Shown here: in pieces, positions 25,659 to 38,293 of the stretch
Numbering within the stretch: position 1 is the first letter of the stretch
How the letters are laid out: each line of letters begins with the position of its first letter
NCBI GenBank assembly: GCA_963514005.1
Contig: OY740794.1
Span: 46,872,001-46,936,000, forward strand
Direction of reading: 5' to 3'
From: Raja brachyura
Taxonomy: Eukaryota
DNA length: 64,000 nucleotides
Translations under genes and position numbers: made by a program
The notes under the pieces: generated by a model
What the model saw: the letters and a program-made list of their open reading frames with translations, nothing else
Database searches by the model: none
What the model was told of the DNA's origin: nothing

Positions 25659-27113
25659 CAGTGTATTCAGGTGTTTAGAAATTGTTGCAAAGTAATTTAA
25701 AAGAAATAACTGAAATATCACATTTACATAAGTATTCAGATCCTTTACTCAGTACTTTGTGAGGCACCTTTGGCAGCGATTACAGCCTCAAGTCTTCTTG
25801 GATATGACGTTACAAGCTTGGCATACCTGTATTTGGGTAATTTCTCCCACTCTTCTCTGCAGATCCTCTCAAGCTCCGTCAGATTGGATGGGGAGTATCG
25901 ATGCACAGCTATTTTCAGGTCCATCCAGAGATGTTTGATCTGGTTCAAGTCCGGGCTCTGGCTGAGCAACTCAATGACATTCACAGACCTGTCACGAAGC
26001 CACTCCCGCATTGTCCTGGCTGTGTGCTTAGGGTCATTGTTCTGTTGGAAGGTGAACCTCTGCCCCAGTCTGAGGTCCAGAATGCTCTGGAACAGGGTTT
26101 CATCAAGGATCTCTCTGTACTTTGCTCCGTTCATCTTTCCCTCGATCCTGACTAGTCTCCCAGTTTCTGCCGCGGAAAGACATCCCAACAGCATTATGCT
26201 GCTACCATGATGCTTCACCGTAGGAATGGTATTGGCCAGGTGATGAGCGGTGCCTGGTTGGCCAAAGAGTTCAATCTTGGTTTCATCACCAGAGAATCTT
26301 GTTTCTCATGGTCTGAGAGTCCTATAGGTGTCTTTTGGCAAACTCCCAAGTAGGCTGTCATGTGCCTTTTACTGAGGAGTAGCTTCCATCTGGCCGCTCT
26401 ACCATAAAGGCCTGATTGGTGGAGTGCTGCAGATATAGTTGTCCTTCTGGAAGGTTCGTCCATCTCCACAGAGGAACTCTGGACCTCTGTCAGAGTTCTT
26501 GGTCACCAAAGCCCTTCTCCCCCGATTGCTCAGTTTGGCCGGGCAGCCAGCTCCATGAAGATTCCTGGTAGTTCCAAAGGTCTTCCATTTAAGAATGATG
26601 GAGGCCGCTGTGCTCTTCAGGACCTGCAATGCTGCAGAAATTATTTTATACCCTTCCCCAGATCTGTGTCTCGACACAATCCTGTCTCGGAGGTCTATGG
26701 ACAATTTCTTTGTGGCTTTTTTTTTGCTCCGACGGGCACGGTCGACTGTGGGACCTTATATAGACAGGTGTTTGCCTTTCTAAATCATGTCCAATCAATT
26801 TAATTTACCACTGGTGGACTCCAATCAAGTTGTAGAAACATCTCAAGGTTAACCAATGGAAACAGAATGAACCTAAGCTCAATTTGGAGTGTCAAAGCAC
26901 AGGGTCTGAATACTTAATGTAAATGTGATATTTCAGTTATTTCTTTTTAATTACTTTGTAAAAATTTCCAAACACCTGTTTCCGCTTCTTCATTCTCGGG
27001 TATTGTGTGTAGATTGTTGATAAAAAAATTTTTTAAATCCATTTTAAAATAAGGCTGTAACATAACAAAATGCGGAAAAAGTGAAGGGGCCTGAATACTT
27101 TCTGAATGCACTG
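25659..27113 (-). mobile_element. Tc1-family (IR/DR) DNA transposon, inactive
   Basis: TA target duplication. Termini CAGTGTATTCAG and revcomp CAGTGCATTCAG. Frameshifted transposase: LRDRIVSRHRSGEGYK, KHHGSSIMLLGC, FQQNNDPKHT, SPDLNQIKHLW. Confidence 0.93.
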
Positions 27114-27769
27114 TACGCCATCATGCTTACCTGCACTAATTCCGCTTCTCTGTATTAATTCCATATCCCTCTATGCCTTGCTCCATCCAGATGCCTTAAA
27201 TGTTGTTCCTGTTCCCATTTCAACACCTTCTTTGTTAGCTCATTCAAGGTATCAACAATTATATGTGTGAAAAATGTACCTCCCTGATCCCTTTTAAACC
27301 TCCTCAGGTTTTCACCTGTTAACCTAATCCTTCTAGCTTTAGATACCTTTACCAAGGGATTCTGACTTACTCTATGCCTCTCATAATTTTATCTATATTA
27401 CTAAAAGTCTGATCTTGACCACTTCCTGTTGTTCTGTATATTGATTTTAGAAAAAACGCTGCCACCTACGGCTGTGATTTTTTGCCGTCTTACACAGAGT
27501 CCCCATCCATTGCGCAGGACAAGAGGATTTTTCCCATTGATGAAAAATAAAAGAGTTATTAGTGTTTAAAACATGTTGAGACTCTCTCTCCTGAAGGCCA
27601 CGCCCCTTCTGGAGGGACTATAAAACCCGGAAGTTTTGAGTGCCTCAGTCAGTCTCTGCAAGATGGGGGAGCGAGAGGGTCACGTCACTCAGTCTGAGCT
27701 GTGAATAACACATGTCTACTAACTTGTGAGTAGTTTCACTGACCTGTCAGTGCCCTTCATGTGGTTTGA

Positions 27770-28730
27770 AAATATAGTTTGGAAATGCTAAAGCTGCGTT
27801 GCCTTTGGTTTGGAAATGCTAAAGCTGTATTGCCTCTGGTTTAGAAATGCTAAAGCTGTGTTGCTTTTGGTTTGGAAATGCTAAAGCTGTGTTGCCTTTG
27901 GCTTGGAAACACTAAAACTGTGTTAGACAATAGACAATAGGTGCATGAGTAGGCCATTTGGCTCTTCTAGCCAGCACCACCATTCAATGTGATCATGGCT
28001 GATCCCCAATCCGTACCCCGTTCCTGCCTTCTCCCCACATCCCCTGACTCTGCTATTTTTAAGAGCCCTATCTAGCTCTCTCTTGAAAGCATCCAGAGAG
28101 CTTGCTTCCACCGCCCTCTGAGGCAGAGAATTCCACAGACACACCACTCTCTGTGAGAAAAAGTGTTTCCTCGTCTCCGTTCTAAACGGCTTACTCCTTA
28201 TTCTAAAATTGTGGCCCCTGGTTCTGGACTCCCCCGACATCGGGAACATGTTTCCTACCTCAAGTGTGTCCAAGCCCTTAACAATCTTATATGTTTCAAT
28301 GAGATTCCCTCTCATCCTTCTACACTCCAGAGTGTACAGGCCCAGCTGCTCCATTCTCTCAGCATATGACAGTCCCGCCATCCCGGGAATTAACCTTGTA
28401 AACCTACGCTGCATTCCCTCAATAGCAAGAACGTCCTTCCTCAAATTAGGGGACCAAAACTGCACACAATACTCCAGGTGTGGTCTCACGAGGGCTCTGT
28501 ACAACTGCAGAAGGACCTCTTTGCTCCTAATTGCCTTTGCCTTGCCTAATTAAAGTTGCCTTTGGTTTGGAAATGCTAAAGCTGTGTTGCCTTTGGTTTG
28601 GAAATGCTAAAGCTGTGTTGCCTTTGGTTTGGAAATGCTAAAGCTTTGTTGCCTAATTAAAGTTGCCTTGCCTAATTAAAGTTGCCCAGCCTAATTAAAG
28701 TTGCCCTGCCTAATTAAAGTTGCCTTGCCT
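27770..28730. repeat. Minisatellite arrays (30-bp TTGCCTTTGGTTTGGAAATGCTAAAGCTGTG-type and 19-bp TTGCCTAATTAAAGTTGCC-type), split by a CR1
   Basis: Tandem copies visible at 27770-27923 and 28555-28730. Confidence 0.85.
27924..28527 (-). mobile_element. CR1 LINE 3' fragment nested in the Helitron
   Basis: ORF 27923-28504: [29 protein letters not shown]. Confidence 0.92.
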
Positions 28731-31700
28731 TCTATATTATTAAAAGTCTAATCTTGACCACTTCCTGTTTGCGTTTTATATTGATTTTAGAAAAAACGCT
28801 ACCACATATGGCTGTGATTTTTGGCCATCTTACCCAGAGTCCACCTTCGCTCGTCAGGTGCCAAAGATTTTTCCCATCGATGAGAAATAAAAGAGTTATT
28901 AGTGTTAAAAAATGTTGAGATTCTCTCTCCTGTCAATAACGCCATGAAGGTCACACCACTTCTGGTGGGAGGGACTATAAAACCCAGAAGTGTGGGCGTG
29001 GCTCAGGGTCTGCAAGATGGAGGAGGGAGAGGTCACGACTTGCTGTCTTTAGTGGCCTTGCACCCTGCTTGAAATGGTATGAAACTGCAATTTAATTTGG
29101 TGGCCTTGCACCCTGCTTGAAGTGGTAAGAAACTGCATTTGAATTTGGTGGCCTTGCACCTTGCTTGAAATGGAATTTCAAGAAATAGCCGTGAGTCAAC
29201 TGCCAGCACAATAGGCTTGAGTGGCTGAGCTGCCATCACAAGAATCCATTCGGCCCACAATGTCCATACTAGCCCTCAGGAAACCAGTCCCTTCAGCCCA
29301 CAACACCCATACTAGCGCTCCAGAAAGCCCTGCCCCCCCTCCCCCCACTGGCCACCAATATTGGAATTGGTGGAGTATTTCGTTAGGCGACCAGCACTCC
29401 CGTGTGATGCTGGGACCGAACGGGTCCCACTTGGTCTCGTATACCTCTATTGTATCACATTTCAGCCTCCTTCACTTCAGGGAAAGCAGGTGAGTCTTCA
29501 TGTTCAGACCACGCCACTGTAGGAACCAGAAAGCTTCAATATTAATACAACATATTTTCCTTCTAGTTTCCCTCTCCCTTGACTCTCAGTCTGAAGAATG
29601 GTCTCGACCTGAAATGTCACTCATTCCTTTTCTCGAGAGATATGCCTGTTCCGCTGAGTTACTCCAGCAGTTTATGTCTATCTTCTGTGTAAATCAGCGT
29701 CTGCAGTTCCTTCCCACACATTGTTTCCTTAGTGGTGGCTTGCCTTTCTACTGTGAATAATTGGCTTAATCCGGTTCGTATATCTTACTCTGGCCTCCGT
29801 AAATTGCCCCTAGTATGTAGTGAGTGGATGAGAAATGCGATAACATAGAACTAGTGTGAACGGTCGGTGTGGACTCGTTGGGTCGAATGACCTGTTTCTT
29901 TGCTGTATCTCTAAACTAAACTTGAATCTGTGAAGCGCTCTGATGGAAATATAAAAATACTTCACCCGTTGTGTTACCAACTGTTCTTTGGTTCTTCTTA
30001 ACCAACTCTTCATCTGTACCACTTTGAGATATTCTTGTCCAGGCTTCTGCCAATCCTACTCACAAACTATTCACTGGAATTATGTGAATGAATGGGAGAT
30101 GATAGATATACTGTTCTCAGGGCATCCCAACATGTTTCACATCAAAGGAACTATATTTGAAGTCAAGACAATGTCTCAAAGAATTTGTCTTTGCTTAAAA
30201 AGGAACTGTGGTAACTCATCAGCAAGCTTTATCCATAATGTAAATCTACTTCTTTGTTGGAACTCCAAAATGTCACAAAGGTGGAGACTAGAAGTATTAC
30301 ATTTCCTGCGTACATTGCACATTGAAAACACAGCATGTCTTTGTCGGTATCTCTAAGTAGGAAGGAAGTGGGAGCTTGATCGGGTATCTAATTAATATTC
30401 AGCAATTATATTAGTAACGTGGGATTGTAGAAATGAAAAAGGATGAAAAATATGCGATGTTCCTGCAAGCCTTCAACGTTCTGAAGGGTTTTTCGAGCAC
30501 TCATGCTGAAAGACTGTTTAGATTAGCTGGTAGTTTTATAGGGGCAAAAAAAAAGTTAGGAGGCATTATTTCCATACAGAAGGTTATCTGGCGGATTCTG
30601 TTGCAGGAGACTTATTTACACCACTTAAAATGAATTGATTGTGTTTGTAAAGGAATTATATAAAGAGGATGAGGATGGCAATGGCACATGCACAATGGAG
30701 AGAATCACTTTGTTCAACTGTTTTAATAGCTCTGATCGTCTGTGCCTTGTTACAGTACTGTGAAAGCTGCCCGTCAAACTCCCACCCAATACCAACCTCA
30801 GTGCTGGTTGCAAATGGTAGAAGTGAAACTATGACTGTACGAAGTCAGTGGGTATTTTTAAATTGGCAAAAATGCAACAGGTGGTTAAATATTCTTAAAA
30901 TTGTATTCCAAATTGCTCCTGGTAGTTTGAATGCTATGTACTTAATTGCAGCATTTTTTTGTAATAGAAAAGGAACTGCAGATATTGGTTTATGCAAAAG
31001 ATAGACACAAAATGCTTGTGAAGTCAGCAGGTCAGGCAGTATCTCTGGAGAAAATGGATAGGTGACATTTCGGGTCTTCAGACTGAAGAAGGGTCCCGAC
31101 CCGAAACGTCACCTATCCATTTTCTCCAGAGATGCTGTCTGACATGCTGAGTTACTCCAGCAATTTGTGTCTGGCTGCAGCATTTTCTGCTTTTATTTAA
31201 AATTTCTGAACAGCTGCAATCCGTTTGGTTTTATGGTTTGGTGAGGTTGAACCTATTATAAGTATCAAAGAAAGATCATTATATTTTTCTAAGAACTATA
31301 CCTCATGTAGTATGTGGTAGTATTTTGCCTAAAAATATATGATACTCGGCATTAAATCACATATGGCATTAATGGAAATTTAGAACGTTGTGTCATTATT
31401 GAAATCATGCCTTCTGCCGAGTTTTAATCTCAGGTAAAGAAACTGTTTTGGGAATAATTGGAGCATTCTCTTGTATTCCCTGAATCCTATTCGCCATCAC
31501 AAATAATTTGTGTACTGATTAACACAATCTCAGAAATAGCCATTGCACTCCTGGTGATATTTTCCAATTCCTCATTTCTCAAAAGTTGTTGAGTCTGAAA
31601 AAAAAATTACAATGGGATTTAATGAAATAATTTTTGCATTTAGAAGTGACTGTTGTATTTTGTATCTATAGCGACGTTATAAATAAATTATATATTAAAG

Positions 31701-34700
31701 ATATTAAAGATGAAATTGTCCAATTTTATGTCGGTAATTTTATTTGGATGATTATTTTTTATATGGTGATTTTTCTTTGTAAAGTGACTTGTACTTGAGT
31801 ATCTTCCTCTATTACTTGTCAATCTAGAATGTACTTAACATAAATTGCTGTTCATCAAAGCAGAACCAAGTCTTTAAATATCCTAACCGGTTGTACAGTT
31901 ATAGGTGTCTGTTGAAGGGATCCAATTGCTTTGTAGCTAACAGCATGCCATCTCCATGTGATGTCCCTATTTGTTTCTTATTTAAAAGGTTGCAAAAACA
32001 GAGGAGTGATCTCAAGGTAGTTCCTAGGATTATCCTGAGCAGTTGCAGTTGCAGTGGCAGTGGCTGCACTGTAAACTGGGGGAGCAGGATTGTGACTCTG
32101 GAGTTACTGACTCTCAATTGAAGATTTGGTTAAATCACACAAGAGGTGCTGAAAAGTAACTGAGTAGGAATACCAATGAATAGCTGGTGAGTTGATTTGT
32201 TTATATTGTCACTTTAAAAAAAAAGTTATTTATTTAAATATTTCCACATTGGTAATTTTGCAATGATAAAACTTTATGCGGTTAGTCTGGCAGCCTGCTG
32301 CTAATAAGATTTATATGATTCAGGGTTGAAAATCATGAAAGGATCATTCTAAATTCCCTTGCAGCTTCATTCTGTTGGATATTCATTCTTGCAGCATATG
32401 AATAAGGGAGAGGTATCCAATCTCTGTTTTATTAATTTACCACTGACTCTGCAGAATTGTTTCATGGGCTTTGATGAAACAACCTTTCAATGTAGAAATC
32501 CTAATCAGGAAGGGCATTTTAAATACTTTATGTCCCCATTTCCAGGAGTACTTATAATTCTCACCTATCTATATTGAAAATAAGTTTTAACACTTCAGCA
32601 TTGTGTTACAGTGAAAATAATTGTTTAGTTTAGTTTATTATCATGTGTACTGCGGTACAGTGAAAAGCTTTTTTGTTGCTTGCTATCCAGAAAGACTATA
32701 AAATATTACACATGATTGCAATCAGGTTATCCACAGTGTACAGATACAGGATTCAGGGAAAGTCCAGTAAAATCTGATTAAAGATAGTCCGAGGGCCTCC
32801 AATGAGGTAGATGGAAGGTCAGGACTGCTCTCTAGTTGATGATAGGATAGTTTAATTGCCTGATAACAGCTGGGAAGAAACTGTCTCTGAATCTGGGAAT
32901 GTATATCATTTATGAAAGCTCAGTGAATAATTGTTTGTCATATAACTGTTATTGGAAATAAATTAAGATTTTTGAAACTCATTATTATATTAGAGACATA
33001 CCTTAAATTCATATTGATATTGTTGAGTACTCAATTCAAATTCTAAGCGTGGAGAATTCTTGAAAATATTTGTTTTTGGAGTTTTTGTGATTCAAAAAGG
33101 GTACCTATTTTGAAAGTATCAGAAAGACCTCTCCTATTGGGTCGTCTTTCAGTGGTAAGAGTGGAAGATGGTGGGGGTAGTGGAGGATCATATCAACTCA
33201 CTGTACAAAACCATAACACACATCAAGATCCAACATGTGTAGGTGTGTGCATAATATGTACCCTCCACGAAACTGTCAAATGGAAAGTATTTTGGATGCT
33301 TAAGGCAATTGCTGATTCTAATTGTGCATTGTTCATGTTGAAGCTATAAAATTCAGGAACCTGAATGTAGGTACGAGCTTTATCAAACAACCAAATGGTA
33401 GAGTGGTAATTTGATACTTAATGGAACCAAATTCAAGAGGCTGGGACACATTAATGCACATGTCCAGTCACACTTCTAGAATATTTAGTAATTTTTACAA
33501 TTGTCAAAGATGCAACTTGTCGTTTCTCAGCCATCAGCTTGGTGGCCACAAATGTAGGTGGAATTGCAGTTTCCGAAATGTCTAACTAAGCAAGTGCTCA
33601 ACTGTTAGACTGAAGCTCGTGAAGAGCCAAGAAATATTTCAAAAGCAGCTTATGGAAACAGTCATATTATCTGTTATTAAAAAGGACAAAGAGTGGGATC
33701 TTTAATGTCTAATGTCAAGACAAAGAGTGGGATCTTTAAGACTCTCCATTAAAGTATAAATCCTGCCAACACCGTTCTCCAATGAAGAGTATGAAGACGT
33801 GCAAACAACTACACAAACTGTACTCATTAAAAAAAAAAATCTGATCAAGATTGCTTCATTAGTATCTATTTATTGATTTACTTAATCTTCATAATTTTCA
33901 CAAAATAACCATTATGTTGTTTTTCTGATGATTTTGATTTCACATAAGGCAGTATACATTCAAGAGAGAGCTAGGTAGGGCTCTTAAAAATAGCGGAGTC
34001 AGGGGATATGGGGAGAAGGCAGGAACGGGGTACTGATTGGGGATGACCAGCCATGATCATATTGAATGGCGGTGCTGGCTCGAAGGGCCGAATGGCCTAC
34101 TCCTGCACTTATTGTCTATTAAGGCAGCAATGGAAAACCAGGATTTGTGGACTAAGCTGTACTTGATTAGATCCTATTTCATTGCAAACTGTTTAATCTG
34201 CTCCATGTGGATAGGGCATAGACTTACTGTTTGAGATAGTTATTGAAGATGCCAAATTAAAGCAGTTTGAGGAATTCTAACTAAATTCCCAGAGTACACA
34301 CGTTTATGATATTAGGTGTTGATAATGTAACTTTAATTAGTACTGGTTAGGTAATCTCATCTGTATTGTTTATGATAGTGGTTCAGAGGGAAAGGAGGTG
34401 AAACTCAGGGGTTTGCTTCTTTTCCAGTCAAAGTGCTGTTGGATTATGAATAATTTAAAAACATTTTTTCCAGATCCAAGACATCACCTGTCTATGTTAT
34501 CCAGGGATGCTGCCTGACCCGCTGAGTTACTCCAGCACTTTGTTTTGTTATTGTCAACCAGCATCTGTAGTTCTTTGTTTCTACAAGGGTCTTCATCTTC
34601 ACATTTAAATTTATAATGTGAATTATCATGGTCACTTCTTCTCATGCCCTTCTGATCTCTGCTTCCAGAGAATAAATCTCAAACCCACGTAGAAAGCATG

Positions 34701-37700
34701 GGGTTAGATAAAGCCTGTCACTTTCACAGACGAGTCTATCACATTTTGTGCCCCGTACAAACAAAAAAGGTAATTGTTTGCATGGCTTCTCCGGGCAGTC
34801 AAGTGAAATTCCATAATATTGAAGATAGACGCAAAATGCTGGAATAACTCAGTGGGTAAGGCAACATTTCTGGATGAAAGGAATAAGTGATCGAGACTAT
34901 CTTCAGACCATAATATTGATCTATCTTCAGCATCCAACCTCAGAAAACTGCTTTTCATAAACAGTAACTTTTCCTTTAAGTTTTGACTTGTGATTTAAAT
35001 AAGAAGGCTGAGGAAAAACAAGAGCTGGATGGACTGATACACTCCAAAACAAGAGCTGGATGGACTGATAGACCTGGATCATATGCTGTTTTCATTCAAT
35101 TTAACAACACAAAAGGGGTTTGCATCAATGTTTTGTCCTAAGGAAACTGCCGAGAAAGCAGGCAGGCCAGATGCATGAAGGTAGTGAATATGAGCAAAAC
35201 ATGCTTTAACTTCTATTTGTCAGTGTAATTAGGTTGATCTGCCCACAGGGAATGGTGTTCATGACTAAATTTCCATTGCCGAGGAAGCACAAGAACAGGT
35301 AGGTGAGCACGTCACAAGTACGATTCTACAGGTAAAAGGGTTGTACAATTTGTTACCCTATACAGATCATACAACGTTTGATGTTGTCAGGAAGCACAAA
35401 GGAAATTCAGTATACTTCTAGATAACTGGCTGGCATGATAAATGTTAGGTTAGGTTCATCATGGTCACATGTACTGAGGTACAGTGAAAAGTTTTTTTTT
35501 GCATTGCTATCTAAACAGATCAAAAGTGCCATAAATAGATACAATGTTCAAACTCAAGTACAATAGATAGAGCAAAGGGGAAGATACAGAGTGCGGAGCA
35601 TAGTTCTCTGTATTGTAGCACATTGCAGCACACCAGTTCCTTAGACAGAGTCCAATGTCCTCAATGGGATAAGGGAGAATCGAACAGTACCCTTGCTTAT
35701 GGAAGGATCATTCCGAAGCCTGATAACAGAGGGGGTAAATCTGTTCCTGAGTCTGGTTGGGTGCACTTTCAACCCTCTGTATCCTCTGCCAGACGGGAGC
35801 AGGGAGAAGAAGAAATGACTGAAATGGGGCAAGTCTACTGAAAAAAACCCCTGAAATAATTGTATTTATTTCCACAAGGGACTCCCGCAAGAAAAAAAAA
35901 CATGCATTGTATTGTAGCTCTAATCAGAACAATGATTACAAAAAATGTTTATGAAGAGCTCAAAAAGTGTGTTTATCTATTTACAAACTTGAATAGTATG
36001 ATAATGATTTGAATCAATACCAATTCAGACTTAAAGATGAAATGCTGGGTTTAGAAAAAAAATTAAATGAATTCTGACAGTGAATACATTCCTGCATGTA
36101 TTCTGTTGTTCCAAAACAATCAAAGTATAAAGGATGGAGACTAAACTGAAGTAATTCTCTTTGAATATTCTCAATCATTCAATTTGTTCCAAGTTTTTAT
36201 TTTGGGGGATGATTATATTCTCTTTATTTTAACAGATTAAACCTACCTCTTCAAAGAGTACTGTTGGTCATTTGTCCTGAGCTTTTCTTTGGCTCAATGT
36301 CACATGTTGACGGATTTATTATTACTGTGAAGCTTTTTGGAATGTTTCATGGCATTAAAGGCGATACATAAACACTATTGTTGTTTCTTGCTCCCTCCCT
36401 CCCCCCTCCTTGCTTCTAAACCCTTATTGCACACATCCCTTGACCACACTGTCTGAATTCAGGGCTCTGCAATAATTTGTCATAAAGTACGAGGTTGGTC
36501 ATAGGGTCATGCAGAGCGATACAGTGTGGAAACAGGCCCATTGGCCCAAGTTGCCCACATTGGTTAATATTGGGTGACTTTATTTTTCTGCTCTTCCTGT
36601 CATCTTTCTGACAAGCATTTAGTTCCCACTTGGTCTGTTTCTCTGAGATCAGTGCATATGGTATGGATATGATCTCTAACTTCAGTAAGTGTGGTGTCAC
36701 ATACTGCTCTAACATAGTACAGTCTTTATATTGTGCCATTCAATATCTAATAATTGTTCTTACTTAATTATTTTATTAAATTAAATGTGTATTTTTTTCC
36801 TTCTTTCTCCAATACAAGTAATTTTTTTAATTTGAATGCACATTTAGTTTAATTTAGTTTAGAGAAGAGATACAGCACGGAACCAGGCCCTTCAGCTCAC
36901 CGAGCGATCCCCGCACTTCTGATGTTTTCAGAAAATGAAGAGAAAGGCAATTAGTTTTCCTTCCCCCTTCTCTGAATCTTTCCCCAACTATGTCTCCAAC
37001 AATTAAGTACTTGAGTTGAAACAAGGTTGGACTTTGCTGTGGATGCTTCAAGGTTAAGAGCGTATGTTAAAAAGCAACCATCTGTGCAAATCACTTTACA
37101 TTAATTGGTCACCTCAGATCTATTAAAAAGGGCGCTTTCAAGTGGAAAATGGCCTATTACTTTTAAAAGGAATTGTCTTGTTGAGGATACAGTATGGAAA
37201 TTGGGTCGGTTTAACATTTTAACACGTTTCTGCTACTTTGTGCTGTAAAAAACTACAAGATTTATAAGAATTCAAACACAGTGGTTGTCCTGAACACCAA
37301 TCAATTCCAGACAAATTATGGAAGCAATAGTTTGTGAGTTTAAATTCCTTCCATTAGATGTAGTTTACTTTGCCAGTGCATAAGAAAAGGACAAATGGGA
37401 GGATTGAATGGAAATAAAGTGCACCTTGATCTGAATTCCAAAACTTTTATTTGGAAAATCTATATGTGTGTTTTTCTTTAATAACACCTTTGTTCTCCAT
37501 TGGCCTGGAAGAGCCTTGTTAACTGCTCATTATCTGGCTCTACTCAGATAATTTATGCCAGCCTTGGGTAAAAATGGCTCAGAATTATAACTATCATCTG
37601 AGGCAAACATAAATTAATATTTTTCATGGGGCAGGTATATCGAAAAAGGTTTAGTGGATCTGAGCCAAAATGAATGCAAAAAGGACCAGCTAAAATGGGA

Positions 37701-37980
37701 CATCATGGTCGGCATGGGGGTGTTGGGCTGAAGGGCCTGTTTTACTCTATGACTACTGATTGCACAGTACTGGGGACGAGGTCAGAGGTCAGAGGTCAAG
37801 ATGGACCAGCACCTGACATTCAACTGATGGCCAACTATATATGAAATAGCAACGTCCGGTCAAAGAGTATTTACCTGCAAACCCCCATCAAACATTGACA
37901 TGTAGGGATCCTTCATCAGGTTGTCCAAAACATATTTGAGAAATCTGATTAATCATTTTTTATAAGGCAATGTACGTGTG

Positions 37981-38293
37981 TTTAGTTTAATAAAGAGATA
38001 CAGCATGGAACAGGCCTCTACGGCTCACCAAGTCCATGCAGACCATTGATCACCCATTCACACTAGCTCTATTATCCTACTTTTCCATTCGCTCCCGACT
38101 CATTGGGGACAATTTACAGAGGTCAATGAAACTACACAACCATCTGTATTTAGGATGCGGGGTGAAATGGGAGCACACAGGAAACCCACGCAGTCACAGG
38201 GAGAATGTGCAAACTCCACAAATACAACACAAGGGCAGGATTGAACCCGGGTCTCTGGCAATGTGATGCAGCAGCTCTACCAGCTGCACCACT
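37981..38293 (-). mobile_element. HE1/V-SINE-like element
   Basis: Revcomp has the GTGGTGCAGCTGGTAGAG A-box, GGGTTCAATCC B-box and a TAAAC tail. Confidence 0.7.

Larger units (their letters stand above)
27392..29439 (+). mobile_element. Non-autonomous Helitron with duplicated 5' module and minisatellites
   Basis: 5' TCTATATTA. 3' hairpin GGGACCGAACGGGTCCC (29412-29428) then CTCG, a CTAG variant. Removing it restores ATAATTTTA^TATACCTCTAT of a host CR1 remnant. The 5' module is repeated at about 28731. Confidence 0.8.
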
